Below are positions 1 to 13,700 of a DNA stretch of 64,000 nt, piece after piece. Both the position numbers and the translations under genes were made by a program. The DNA is taken from contig JAUFOQ010000004.1 in the NCBI GenBank assembly GCA_040285855.1, positions 1,426,001 through 1,490,000 of the forward strand, read 5' to 3'. The notes below the pieces were generated by a model, which worked only from the letters and a program-made list of their open reading frames with translations, did not search any database and was not told the origin of the DNA. This DNA is from Eukaryota sp. GEM-RC1 (taxonomy: Eukaryota). Within the stretch, counting starts at the first letter, position 1; every line of letters begins with the position of its first letter.

Positions 1-3000
1 ATTACATGGACTAATAACATCAAGGAACTTACCATTAATTAGACCAGATTCTATAATGGTGTAGTTATTCCCAGTTGAATCATACATTGTTTCAAATTCT
101 ATTTCTAATATTCCATCTAAATAAGCAGTTGAACCAATAATTAATTGAGTAAAAGAATCACCACTATTGATTTGAATAGAGACGATTGAAGAAGGTAACA
201 GAGCAAGGCTATCATCAAATATAATTAAAGGCAAAGGAATGAGTTTTCCAGCATTCGAGGTATTGTTGAAAACTGTTCCTGATCCCTTTAAAATTTGGAA
301 TACTGACAAATCCAAATTTTGATCTAAAATGACGTTTGCATCTGACAATACGATACCAGCATCAGAAGTGAATGTAGTTGTAGATAACGAAACGAAATTT
401 CTCATCAAAACATCAGAATGACAAGTGAAAGAACCACTAGAAGATTGGAATTGTGAAACTGACACATCATCAAGAATTAGGTGACTGAAGAAATCAAAAG
501 AATTTGCCAATTGAACTTGACCAGTGATTGATGAATTATCTACTGATGCTTGAACAGATAAAGAAGATGAGAAATTTCCTGAATTAATCTCAGAATATTT
601 TTCTACTGACAATGGCGAACTTCCAAGTATTTGGCAATGAAAACAAGAGAAATAAGCAACAATAGTCTGAGTACTTGAAGCTGACTCAAAAGTTGAAAAT
701 GATAAATCTAAAATATGAATAATAGCTGAGTCAAAATCATTCTGAAAATGACTGTTAATAGCGATCAAAATAACAGTTGATGACGAGATATCTACTGAAT
801 CATCATAGAAGAGCTCACTGGAATTTAAGGTTATATGGATGCTATCAGAATTAATTTTTGAGTCTTCACTTAAGCTCATAATCGATTCACTGTTGAGCTC
901 GACTTGCTCTGAATTTTCAAAAGTAAAGTTATTTAATTGTAAGTTTGATGAAATCAAAGAAACTGAACTGATGTATATTTTTGCTGATACAAACAAAATG
1001 TTTGAATCAACAAATGAAAGGTGTCCCCAATCAACTTGAGGGTTATAAAAACTCAACTCATTAATCTCATCACTGGATAGAGTAGTGGTGGAAAAATGGC
1101 GTCATGAACAACACTTGAATTAATTAATTGAAAGGTTGAGTCAGGTAGTGAAAAACAGAAGAGCGAATAGCAGAAAAGATCAACGTTTGAAAGAGATAGA
1201 TTGGTGCTTACTATCTCAAGTAAAGTCTCGTCAAATGCTTCCAATCACCACGTCACCGAGACCAATCACTTCCCAATCAACGTCATGTACATTCCCCAAT
1301 CCATTGTTAAAAGTGTAATTTCCACTATGAAAATAAACCTGCCCTTTTCTGCCCATTCTGTCTAAAACTCCTTTAAAAGAAGCACAAGGACTATCAAAAG
1401 TTCCACAACAAGGATCATCAATGCCAGTAGTAGAAACGTAAGCGGTTTGATTTAAGTCGAGTACATTATCATTGACAGAGACAACTAGAGAAGTTTCTGA
1501 ATAGATAGTAGTAATAAGTGAATTACAGGGACTAATAACATCATGAAACTTACCATTAATTAGACCAGATTCTATAATAGTGTAGTTATTCCCAGTTGAA
1601 TCATACATTGTTTCAAATTCTATTTCTAATATTCCATCTAAATAAGCAGTTGAACCAATAATTAATTGAGTAAAAGAATCACCACTATTGATTTGAATAG
1701 AGACGATTGAAGAAGGTAACAGAGCAAGGCTATCATCAAATATAATTAAAGGCAAAGGAATGAGTTTTCCAGCATTCGAGGTATTGTTGAAAACTGTTCC
1801 TAATCCTCTTAAAATTTGGAATACTGACAAATCCAAATTTTGCTCTAAAATGACGTTTGCATCTGACAATAAGATACCAGCAAACGAATTGAATGTAGTT
1901 GTAGATAATGTAACGAAATTTTTCATCAAAACATCAGAATGACAAGTGATTGAACCACTAGAAGACTGGAATTCTGAAACTGACACGTCATCAAGAATCA
2001 CGTGACTGAAGAAATCAAAAGAATTCGCCAATTGAATTCGACCAGTGATTGATGAATTATCTACTGATTCTTGAACAATAAAAGAAGATGAAAAATTTCC
2101 TGAATTAATCTCAGAATATGTTTCTACTGACAATGGCGAATTTCCAAGTATTTGGCAATGAAAACAAGAGAAATAAGCAACAATAGTGTGAGTACTTGAA
2201 ACTGACTCAAAAGTTGAAAATGATAAATCTAAAATATGGATATTAGCAAAATCAAAATCATTCTGAAAATGACTGTTGACAGCAATCAAACTGACATTTG
2301 ATGACGAGATATCGACCGAGTCATCATAATAGAGCTCACTTGAATTTAAGGTTATATGGAGGCTATCTGAATTAATTTTTGAGTCTTCACTTAAGCTCAT
2401 AATCGATTCACTGTCAAGCATGACTTCCTCTAAATTTTCAAAAGTAAAGTTATTTAATTGTAAGTTTGAAGAAATCAAAGAAACAGAACTGATGAACATT
2501 TTTGCTGATAGAAACATAATGTTTGAATCAATAATTGAAACGTATCCCCAATGATCTTGAGGAGTATCAAAACTGAAGTGATTAATCTCATCAATGGATA
2601 GAGTAGTGGCGGAAAAAACAGCGTCATGAACAACACTTGAATTAATTAATTGAAAGGTTGAGTCAGGTAGAGAAAAACAATAGGCGGAATAGCAAAAATG
2701 TCAATGTTTGAAAGGGAAAGATTGGAGTGAACGATTTCAAATAGAGTCTCATCAATGCCTTCAATAATGACGTCACCGACACCAATCAATTGCCAATCAA
2801 CGTCAGTTACATTTCCCAATCCTTGATTAAAGGTGTAACTTCCTTCGTGGAAAATAACCTTCCCTTTCCTTCCCATTCTTTCAAAAACTCCTCTAAAAGA
2901 AGCACAAGGACTATCGAAAGTTCCACAACAAGGGTCATCAACACCAGTAGTAGAAATGTAAGAAATGGTGTTTAAATGAGCAATATAGTCATCGAAGAAT

Positions 3001-5500
3001 CCAATAACTGAAGTAGAAGTATACTCAATATTGAAAATAGAAGAACACGTGCTTTTGACTGAAGTAAATTGACCCAAACGATGGCAAGAATCAATAAGTA
3101 CGTATTGTTTACCACCCCAATGTTTGAAAGGATCAAATTCTACTTCTATTGTACCAACTAGAAAAGCAGTTGAACCTACAATTACTTGAGTAGAAGAATT
3201 ATCATTATTGATTTGAATAGAGACAGTAGAAGAAGGAAAAAGTGAAAGATTATCATCAAAAATAATTAAAGGTAAGGGAATTATTTGCCCAGCGTTTGAG
3301 GTGTTGTCAAAAACTACTCCTAATCCCTTTAAAATTTGAAAATCTAGCAATTCAAAATTTTGATTTAAAATGACGTTTGCATCTGAAAGAATGATACCAG
3401 CAACCGAATTGAATGTAGTTGTAGAAAATGTAACGAAATTTCTCATCAAAACATCAGAATGACAAGTGATAGAACCACTAGAAGACTGGAATTCTGAAAC
3501 TGACACGTCATCAAGAATCACGTGACTGAAGAAATCAACAGAGTTCGCCAAGTGTATGAGACCAGTGATGGAAGAATTAACTGCTGATTCTTGAACAATT
3601 AAAGAAGATGAGAAATTTCCTGAATTAATGTCAGAATATGTTTCTATCGACAATAGGGAACTTCCAAGTATTTGACAACGGAAACAAGTAAAATAAGCAA
3701 TAGTAGTGTGAGTATCAGAAGCTGACTCAAAAGTTGAAAAGAATAAATCTAAAATATGAATATTAGCAAAGTCAAAATCATTTTGAAAATGACTGTTGAA
3801 AGCGATCAAAATAACATTTGATGACGAGATATCGACCGAATCATCATAATAGAGCTCACTGGAATTTAAGGTTATATGGAGGCTATCAGAATTAATTTTT
3901 GAGTCTTCACTTAAGCTCATAATCGATTCACTGTCAAGATTAACTTGCTCTAAATTTTTAAAAGTAAAGTTATTTAATTGTAAATTTGAAGAAACCAAAG
4001 ACATTGAACTAATGTGCATTTGTGCCGAAAAAAACATAATGTTTGAATCAATAAACGAAACGTGTCCCCAATGAAGTTGAGGGTTATCAAAACTTAATTG
4101 ATTAATCTCATCAATGGATAGAGTAGTGGCGGAAAAAACGGCGTCATGAACAACACTTGAATTGATAAATTGGAAAGTTGAATCCGGTAGAGAAAAACAA
4201 AAGGAGGAATAGCAGAAAATGTCAATATTTGAAACAGAAACATTCGAGTGAACTATTTCAAATACAGGGACATCAACTCCTTCAATGATGAGGTCACCAA
4301 GACCAATCACTTCCCAATCAACGTGATTTACTTTACCCAATCCCTGGTCAAAAGTGTAACTTCCTTCATGGAAATACACCTTTCCTTTCCTTCCCATTCT
4401 GTCTAAAACTCCTTTAAAAGAAGCACAAGGACTATCAAAAGTTCCACAACAAGGATCATCATTACCAGAAGGAGAAATGTAAGAAGTTTGATTTAAGTCG
4501 ACTACAAAATCATTTACAGAAACAATTAGAGAAGTTTCTGAATAAAACGTGGTGATAAGTGAAGCGCAAGGATTAAAACTACTAAATCTTCCATTAATTA
4601 GACCAGCTTCTATAAGAGTGTAATTATTTCCAGTTGAATCATACTTTGTGTCAAGTTCCAGTTCTAGTATTCCATCTAAATAAGCAGTTGAACCAATAAT
4701 TAGTTGAGTAGAGGAATAATCATTGTTGATTTGAAGAGAGACGATAGAAGAAGAAGAAAGAAATATGTTGTCTTCAAAAGTGAAATTTGAGGAAGGTTTA
4801 ATTTTCCCACAATTTGAAGTATTAGTAATAATAGTACCAAATCCTGTAATAATTTGATAATCAAGTATTACAAAAAAAGGATCAAAAAGTAAAGTTGAAC
4901 CGTATAGAGTCAAAGTTCCATTGTAAATAAAGGAAATTTTGGAAATACCAACATCATTTTTCATCAAAACATCAGAATGACAAATGATAGAACCACTAGA
5001 AGACTGGAATTCTGAAACTGACACGTCATCAAGAATAACATGACTGAAGAAATCAAAAGAATTCGCCAATTGCACTTGACCAGTGATTGATGAATTATCT
5101 ACTGATTCTTGAACAATTAAAGAAGAAGAGAAATTTCCAGAATTAATCTCAGAATATGTTTCTATCAAAAATGCCGAGCTTCCAAGTATTTGACAATGAA
5201 AACAAGAGAAATAAGCAACAATAGTCTGAGTAGTTGAAACTGACTCAAAAGTTGAAACATATAAATCCAAAATCCGAAAATTAGCAATGTCAAAATCACT
5301 CTGAAAGCGACTGCTTATGGCAATTAGACTAACACTTGATGACGAGAAATCGAATGAATCATCAAAGTAGAGCTCACTTGAATTTAAAGTTATAGTTAGA
5401 TCTTCAGAAGCAATTTTTGAGTCTCGCGTAAAATTTACTAATGAATTATCAAAGAGTTCAAGACTTTTTAAATTGTTTAACGCTACCTCTCTTAATTGCA
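1..5500 (-). repeat. Tandem ~1.52-kb (~507 aa) coding modules of copy C
   Basis: Marker DDPCCGTFDSPCASF recurs at ~1400, ~2920 and ~4440. Confidence 0.9.
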
Positions 5501-5619
5501 GTTTTGAGTAACTTAGATAAATTGTTTTGAGGTCTAACTCATATACCGCTAACTTTACTTCTGAATTGATGATAGAAAGTTTTCCTTGTCCCGAGATACC
5601 ACTGGGACGTGTTGAACTA

Positions 5620-6071
5620 TACGCAAGATTAGAGTAATAATACGAAACAATGTCCGTAATGTCGCTGCCAATTAAACCTTCAATACGACCAGGATTCGAA
5701 GTAGTAGAAGTACTTCTGCCTAGAGCACCATACCTATCCCTACCCCACGACCACACGTCATTGTTGACGTCAACAGCAGTGGAATGCCACCATCTTGCAG
5801 CTGCAGTGATGACTTTTCCAACAACCTTTAGTTCAACTGGATTAACAGAACTAGAACTAGACCCAGTACCTAGACGACCGCTACTATTTACACCCCATGA
5901 CCATAGTTTAGAGTTCACATCAATTCCATGTGCGTGGGTACCAGTAGTGGTTATAAAAACAAACTCAATATCCTCAGCAAATGGAGTTGGAGTTGAGTAA
6001 GATCCAGAACCACCTAATTTTCTTCCACAAGTAAGAGTAGAACCATCCTCTTTGATGAAAAAGGCAGATGT
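5620..6071 (-). other. Partial RCC1/BLIP-II-like propeller (last ~3 blades) of copy C
   Basis: KLWSWGVNSSGRLG…HSTAVDVNNDVWSWGRDRYGALG RCC1-repeat motifs. Confidence 0.85.
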
Positions 6072-6078
6072 AACTACT

Positions 6079-6240
6079 TGTCGGAATTCGGCAGTTCGCT
6101 TGGTTGTTTAATAGTCTTTATTTTAATTTCATTTCTGGGTGGGATTCCAGTTTTTAGTATATACTCTTTTATATGTTTTGATTTTTTGCATTGATAAATG
6201 CTTCGATTATATACAATTAGACATATGCAATATACAATCA
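6079..6240 (-). mobile_element. Possible LTR-like fragment at the breakpoint truncating copy C
   Basis: Unique ~160 bp. The minus strand has TATAAAAG, then AATAAA, and ends …TTCCGACA. No target-site duplication found. Confidence 0.25.
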
Positions 6241-6530
6241 CCCAGTTCACGCTTTGTCAAATGATGCTAAAAGACGAAGATAACCCGTATGTACGAGAAG
6301 TTTTTGTTACTGTATATACTTATACTAGTTGGAGCCATGTTGGATCCAATATCTATGGGTTCCAACAAAGAACAAGATATGACTAAGGTGAACAATCTCA
6401 ATTAATATTTGTTTATTTTGAAAAGGTACATGAACTGCAAATTACCCTTCAAAGGACGTCAGAACAATAACTTACTATTAAAATATTTACCTACTGAGAC
6501 AAAAGAGAAGTGAAAACAACAATAATATCT

Positions 6531-7710
6531 CTATGAAAACTGTGTAACTTTAAAAACATTAATAACACTAAGCAAGGCTAGAAATGCAAAAATTAAACGA
6601 TCAATAGAAACAGAATTGGCAGCCATGAACAACATTAAAATTGTTTGAATTATCAAATATAAAGGCAAAGTGAAAAATGACGATGATACCATCAAAATAT
6701 ACACAACTGATGAAACAAAATGATATGTTCTTCGTTGAAGATATAGAACAAAAACAACTGATATACAGTGAATGATTAATAAGATAAAGTAGATTAACGG
6801 TTGAGGTGAAACAAGAAAGTGTTGGTGAAGAGTTCCAAAGATGAAATTAATTGAAACTAGAGCAGAAGTTGTCAAGAATGCACTGTGATAAAATTTAAAT
6901 TGTTTCAATTTCCTGAATATAAAGTACGATGAAATAAAGGAAAACAATTGAAAAGATGACGCGACAATAAAGTAACTATCAATGTCAAATTCAAATGCTG
7001 ATAGAATAAATTCAAAGAATACTAGTACAGAACTGGCAGATTTGGTCAAAATTATAGGAATAGAGATCAGTGTTATGAATAACACGTTGGAAAATCTAGA
7101 CATTGATTTAAGTACTTGAGCTTTTTGAAACTCTGAAGTTGAAAAGAGAAGAATATCGTGATGATTTTGCACTAATTCTAGGAACTTTAACATCGAAAAG
7201 TCAGTTAAATAGATGGCAAATATTAATATAACCAACATTCCCACTTTGAAAAGATAATATTCTTCACCAATACAGAAGATTCTGGTAGATATTGAATCGT
7301 CAGTACAATATTGACATAAATCTCCATAAGAATAAGGAGATTTGCAAGAATTTTTTCACAATTGAACCAAATATCACACTCATCTAGTTCCCAAGTAACA
7401 TTGTTTAACATGAAACCAGGTTCAATTCCAGTCAAATTTCCATATCCACATTCAGCTAAATGAGGACAAGGTAAGCAAGCATCTACAGAATCTAGAGTGT
7501 TTAAAGGACAAACACAATGCTCAAGATCACTAGAGCCTTTTGAAGAGTAACTCTAGGATACGGACAAGATCTGCATTCTGAATTGAAGTCTGAATTTGAA
7601 TAATAATTTAAAGCACATTCCACACAGACACCGAGAGAATTAAATTCCATTCCTTTTGGACATAGACAGCCGTTTCCAGAATTCAATTTAGGTAAGTGAC
7701 AATCATTTGA
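6531..7710 (-). other. Cys-rich (GCC2/GCC3-like) region followed by multi-pass transmembrane C-terminus, copy A
   Basis: CLCPKGMEF…CVECALNYYSN…CRSCPYPRVT…CVCP…CLPCP…C motif, then roughly 7-8 hydrophobic stretches; unbroken in copy B ORF 35808-37196. Confidence 0.7.
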
Positions 7711-10700
7711 AACTAGATCGACAGTCGCAGATCGAGCAAAATAGGAAAATGTAATCGTCATTGATTGGATTGGATCCGTGATTATTTCCAGATTCCCACC
7801 AATAACTATGACAGCCTGTTCATCAGTTGAACTAGCTACAGTTTCATAAACAGGTATAAGTTCCGAAGAATTAAGGAAATTGTGTTGAGTAATTAAGTAT
7901 GTGGAAGGCTTGACCAAAGTACAGGATTTGTCAAAAACATTTGATTATCACATTCAAGAAGTTCAACAGTTTCTACTGTCAAAATATGAGTAAACTTTTG
8001 AATAATTGTGAAATTTGATTGAACGAATTGGTTTACAAACTGGAGTTCAAGGTAATGATAGTCAAAACTGAAAGTAGAAGCAGATGAAAATACCAAACTA
8101 TCTGAAAATAGTTCAAAAGAAGTCCAATTAAAAGTTGAAGTTAGAATAGTTAAATTACCTTCACATTCAACAACAAATCCAATGAAATCCATACAAAGAA
8201 CTGGAATTGTCAAGTTCAAGGCATAAGAGTAAGATTCAAGATAGTCCTGAACAAATACCAATTCCACAGCTTTACCAGGAGTAAAAGTAATAGTAAATGG
8301 AGCTTGAGAATGGAAACAATTAGGAGAAATTAGATGAATCGAATAAGAGAGATGAGAAGCAGTAAGAAGGTGAGAAGTCATTGAGATTGAACTTTCAAAT
8401 TGTTCAATATTAGAATATATTTCATTTCCCATCTTCAATTGAATAGTTTCTTCAATTTCTTCTCCCAATGATGTAATTCCTTTGTTGATATCAACAGGAG
8501 TTAGACAAGTATATGACTGATAACCGTAAAATTCCAACTCTAAAAGAAACACGTCATTTCGAGGAATTAAAATAATTTCATCAACTTTTGGTAGAACATT
8601 ATCTATTCCACACATCAAAGCAAAAGAAAAACCACTGGGAATTTGTTTACAGGAATATTTTGGTGAAAGAGTTTGATTGTTTACAATCAGTTTAAAAGGA
8701 AGGTTAGCATCAAAATGTTGACAACTGGAATTTGTAGTAATGACAACCTTGAAAATATCAAAAGAAGAATTAAAATTAACTGAAATGGCGTCACCAGATT
8801 TTAAAAATTCAGAACAAAATGATACATCTACATTGCAGCAACGAGATCCATCAAAAACCATGTCAGTAGAGATATTTGAAATGTATCGAGTATTTTGAAT
8901 TTGGGGATGATGAGAATTTGGTAAGTAACAAATTTCTTCTAAAAAGGCTTCACCATGGACTGAAAAAGAGTTAACAAACAACTCGTCAAAGTAAACGTTT
9001 ACTGGAACAACAACTTGAAATGTGGAAATAATTAAGTTTCTGCAAATAAATGTAGAATTTGAAACTGTTCCAGGAAAGGTTTTACCTCCAACAACACACT
9101 TAAACTGAGAATAAAGAAGTCCGATGAAGTCAACTCCAATGTCACGATGTTCATAAACACTGACGTGATCTGAGCTTGTAAATTCAGTATTGAATATTTT
9201 AATATCACCAATAATTTGATTTTTGAATCCAATATGTTTCCAAGTCCATTGCAAATCACTTTCACCTAATGAGAAACTGAACGAAGAAATATTAAATGAA
9301 TAAGTATACGAAAAAGGAAGGTTCCATAATCGTCTTCAAATAATTGAATTTGATCAGATGCAACAATTAAATTTTTGAGTTGGAAGTCGGAGAATAATGG
9401 ACATTTCGAAAGTACAGAAATTTGAACGATCACGTCATCAATGGTTGAAAAGAACAAAGAAGAAGTAATTGAAATGGTAGGTGGAAGCACAACTTCTCGT
9501 ATTAATTGAAAAGAAAAGGAACTTTCTAAATATTGAACGTTCAATTCAAATGAAGATTCGCCTTGATTTACACTGAAGAAATTTAAAATAAGTGATCCTT
9601 GTAGAGATTCTTGGTCTAATATTTCACAATTGGAAATACATTCTATGGAAATAGAGTAATTGTACTGATTAAAATTGACTGTAAAAGACTGATGAATAGC
9701 AACTTCATAAAAGAAAGGAAACTGATCGTCTATCAAATCAGTCATCAAGGCAACTGCCATTGATTGTGGTGATTGGTGTAATGTTATGAGAGGATCATCA
9801 TCATATAATTCAAACACATTTGAGCCCCTTTTAAGGAGCATAGTTTGACGACCGTGCGAAAGATAAATATTTGAAATTTCTTCCAATAATAAGAACTCAA
9901 TTCGAGAATCGTTTTGAATGAGCGGAGGTAGAACTAGATAATTGTCGACTTCGAAGGCTAATTTAAGATCAAAAGCAGAAGCAAAAGATCTTCCAAAAGC
10001 AATAAAGAATCCAATAGAAATCACGTCAACTTCAAACGTGACTAAATCTTCATCAACATTGGATAACTCAGATGCTAATTCTCCAAATATAAAACTACTC
10101 TGTATAGCTGAGTACTCGTAGAAATGAATTCCTTCAACTTCTAGAGAAATTTCATGAACAAAACTAGAGTCAAACCACTGAATAAATCGAGGAGAAATTG
10201 AATTGGGTAAGACAATAAAAGGTAAGTTAAAGATAGGATAACAACCAACTTCACTACATAATTCTAAGTCTTCAGGATATCCAGGCACTGAAGACATAAA
10301 CTCAATGTGAGCAAGATTAGGAGTGGTTTGAAAATTTACAATTTCAATGAAATTTGGAATATCCAAAGTCACTTGGAAATCGTTTAGGGAAACCTCTCCA
10401 TAGAGACTATAAACATTAATCTCACAAGGTTGGTTGACAAAGCAAACTAAGGAAGTATTATAAGCTTCTAATGACGTGATTGGAAGTGATAGAATAATAG
10501 AAATACCAGTAGTAAATTCAATATGAGTAATAAATCTATTTAGACCAACTAATTCTCCAGTATAAATGATCATTTCATCAGTTGTTAGGTCTTGTACAAC
10601 AGCTGAAGAACCAGACATCTGAATATTAGAATTTGAAAAACAGTCAAACATTTGACCAAAATATGATCCAAATATTCTCAAAATATTTCCAGAAGGGGAA

Positions 10701-13700
10701 AGTACCAATGGGAAAACTCCATGTCTTGGAGCTATAAGTTGAAGTTGAAATACATTACTGGTTTGATTTCCAATTATTACATAAACATTGAAAATGTTAC
10801 TGTCAACTGAACAAACGTAAGGAATATAATGAACAATTTCTTCATGAGAATGATTTGCCACACGTGTTGAAGCAATTTCAGAAACTAAAGATGAATAGTC
10901 AAAACTTGTTGAAAGATCTTGACCAATGATTGAAAGCTCTCCGTTCAATAGGAATGGATACGGATAAACAAAAGAAATGACAGGCTTTTTAAAGCAGTAA
11001 GTAAAGGAAATTATTGAAGAATCTGTTGATCTAGATACGAACATTTCATGACAACCATGACCTTCAAAAAGAAGAAATTCAAATTTTCATGATTAATTGA
11101 ATAATACGCAAGACTTTCATTTACCCAAGCGGTTGAATGATGAATAACAATAGGATCTAACCCAAGATTAAAAGCAAAAGTGGTACAAATCCACCTCTAG
11201 TTGGAGGTTCTAGACTAACAAACTCAATTGGACAAATGGGAATGAATAAATGTTGGAACGAAAATATTCTGGAAATAGTTAAATTGAAATGAATTGAATT
11301 ATTCATTGGATTGAAGGAAATGTCATCATTTAAAAAGAAGTCAAGAGAATTCAATAGAAAGTTGTGGTAGAATTCATCATTATTGGGGACTGAGAGTTCT
11401 AGTAACTCTGAAAGATAGTCTATATTATGGAAATTCAGCGAAACTTGACAAATAGACGTGTTACAACAGTTTTGTGTAGGAGAAATTGAAATATTTGAGA
11501 ATATTTGAGAAAGATCTAAAAATGGATCGTTCCCAAACAATAAGTCCCCATTAAGTGAAGCAAATTTTGAAATAATTGGATATCCAGAAGAGAATGTAAT
11601 TGATGAATTTTGAGCTGTTAGGGAGGATAAGAACAAGACTTCTGTTGAATTAGTCAGAGTGACTGAAGAGTTGGTGACTTCAAAGTCAGATTTAAAGACT
11701 GTTTGGTAGGTACATCCAGAAAATTTAAAATTATTCAAAAGAACTGAAGAATTCGAAATTCTAAAGTAAGGTTCTATTTCTCCAAAAGAAGAAAGTGACT
11801 TGCATTGTTGAATAGAAACTTTGTCAAAATCAACATAAGATTTTGAAATACTGAATAAAGAGGTCGATTCAAAGAAATTTACTGAGAGTTGGGAAATAGA
11901 AAGAGAAGAATCAGATACTTCAAACAGTGTTAATGACTCAATGTCTTGAATAGTCCAAAGTTGAAGTGAACAAGAAGAATTATAGAGGGTTACAAAAGAG
12001 TCAATCAGAGTGAAATTTTCAAATGCTACATTATTTGATGTAAAAAAAGTATCACTAAAATTGAGTGCAGAATATAAAACCATATTAGAAAAAGTGGCAT
12101 CGTTCAGAATCAGATTGGAATTAAAAGAATATAGTAAATGAAGCGATGCGATATTATTGATTACAAGATTAGAAGCAGTGACATTGGATAAAATAAAATG
12201 AATTAAACTTAAATCCTCAGAATTATTTTCCTCGTCAATGAATAGACCAGTAGATTTAGCTGATCTATGTATTCGAAAATTTTGAAGTAACACGTCACTG
12301 TTGAAGGAATACACGATTCTATTTGAAATTTCAAAAAGGCGGCATCAAATAGACTAAAACTGGTTGTAATTAAGTCAAAAGAACATCTGACAAGACTGAA
12401 AAAATTTCGACATGTACCAAGGATATATCACTATCAAATGACGTGATGATGGGAATACTGATGACGTCAGCATATAAGTTTGTAATCAAAAATTGAGAAC
12501 TAGAAGTGTTGAACATGTAATGATTTGCTGAATTCGAGAACGTAGAGATAAGAATTTCTAAAGAATTCAATTCAATTTTACTGTTCGTAGCTTGAATCAG
12601 GGCACTTAACTGACAATGAGCAAAGCTTAAAGAAGTTGAATTCATCAAAGAATTTCTTAGAACGGAAAATTCATGACTAACACTGGAAGTTTCTAGCGTA
12701 AACATGGACAACACAATAACAGAATCTTTGGAAATGAGAACCGAACTGGTGATTGTTTTTGAAATCATAACTCCTTGACAGTAGAGCTCAGAGGTATCTA
12801 ATTTGAGGACATTCGTGACATCAGCATTTACAGTAGTGACGTTTTCAAATCGGAATGAAGATGATACGAGATGAATAAAGCTTCCACTTGAATTAATGGA
12901 TTTAAGTTCTGAATTAGAAATTGAACCGGTAGAATCATTGAAGATGAGGAAGTTGGCACTCGTGATTTGATCTAAAAGTAAGTAATTAAGAGAAAAGGTT
13001 GATGAAGACACTGATATTGTTGACGTATCAGACTTGGAATGAAACTTAGACACACTAACATTTGAAAAGGTGGAATTTGAAAAATTAATCAACATTAAAC
13101 TATCAGCATTAAAGCTAAGAATAAGCAAGTCGTTAAATGTAATAAATGATTCATAAGAGAATAGTAGTGGAGATGTCAGTTGATCAACATTGAGTTGTGT
13201 GGCATTGAGAGTGGAACCTAGAATTGTAATTAAAGAAATATTGGTATAAAAAGGACCGGAAATATCAATAGAATGAGCATTGACAGTACCATGTGAAATA
13301 CTAAACAAAGAGTTTGATAAGTCATTTGTTGAGCCAAACTCAACTGAAAAGAGATCAACACGTGATTCAGATATTTGGAAAACTTCAAATATTGTTGAAT
13401 AATACAAATGTAAGTGTTCTACTCGCATTCCAGTCTCCACTGCTTTAATAAATGTATCCAAAGTCGTGGAGTTGTGAACTATCAGAGTATTGACTTCAAT
13501 ATCTGACATTGCTGCAACCAAAAATGATTGTGTGTTAGCATTGAATATCTCAGTGTTGATTAGATTGACAGTTGAGTAATTAAACCGGAAAGTAACGTCA
13601 GTAATAACATTGGAGACTAGTGAGTAATCAATTGAACATAAACTTGATTCAGATAAATTAAGAATTGAGAAGGAATAAATCTCAATAAAAGAACAGGAAA

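Larger units (their letters stand above)
1..6071 (-). pseudogene. Giant modular surface protein, copy C: 5'-truncated (starts mid-RCC1 propeller), continues beyond the window's left edge
   Basis: ORFs 2646-5918, 1231-2517 and 1053-1244 are colinear with copies A and B. Homology stops at ~6070 (…AFFIKEDGSTLTCG), an in-frame TAA lies at 6108-6110, and no signal-peptide region is present upstream. Confidence 0.75.

Noticed and set aside
12320..12385. Identical frameshifts in copies A and B (also 41600-41665), suggesting U-insertion editing, programmed frameshifting or shared pseudogenisation
   Set aside because: The breaks sit in homopolymers, include missing coding-strand A's (~7352, ~7540) and extra C/G, and also hit exportin-5. 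Context-dependent sequencing error is the simpler explanation; short reads would settle it.
12475..12495. 13-nt match (AGTTTGTAATCAA; also ~41757) to the alternative Fanzor guide AACAGTTTGTAATCAACAG
   Set aside because: Short and AT-rich, with mismatches at the guide's 5' (seed) end; compatible with chance
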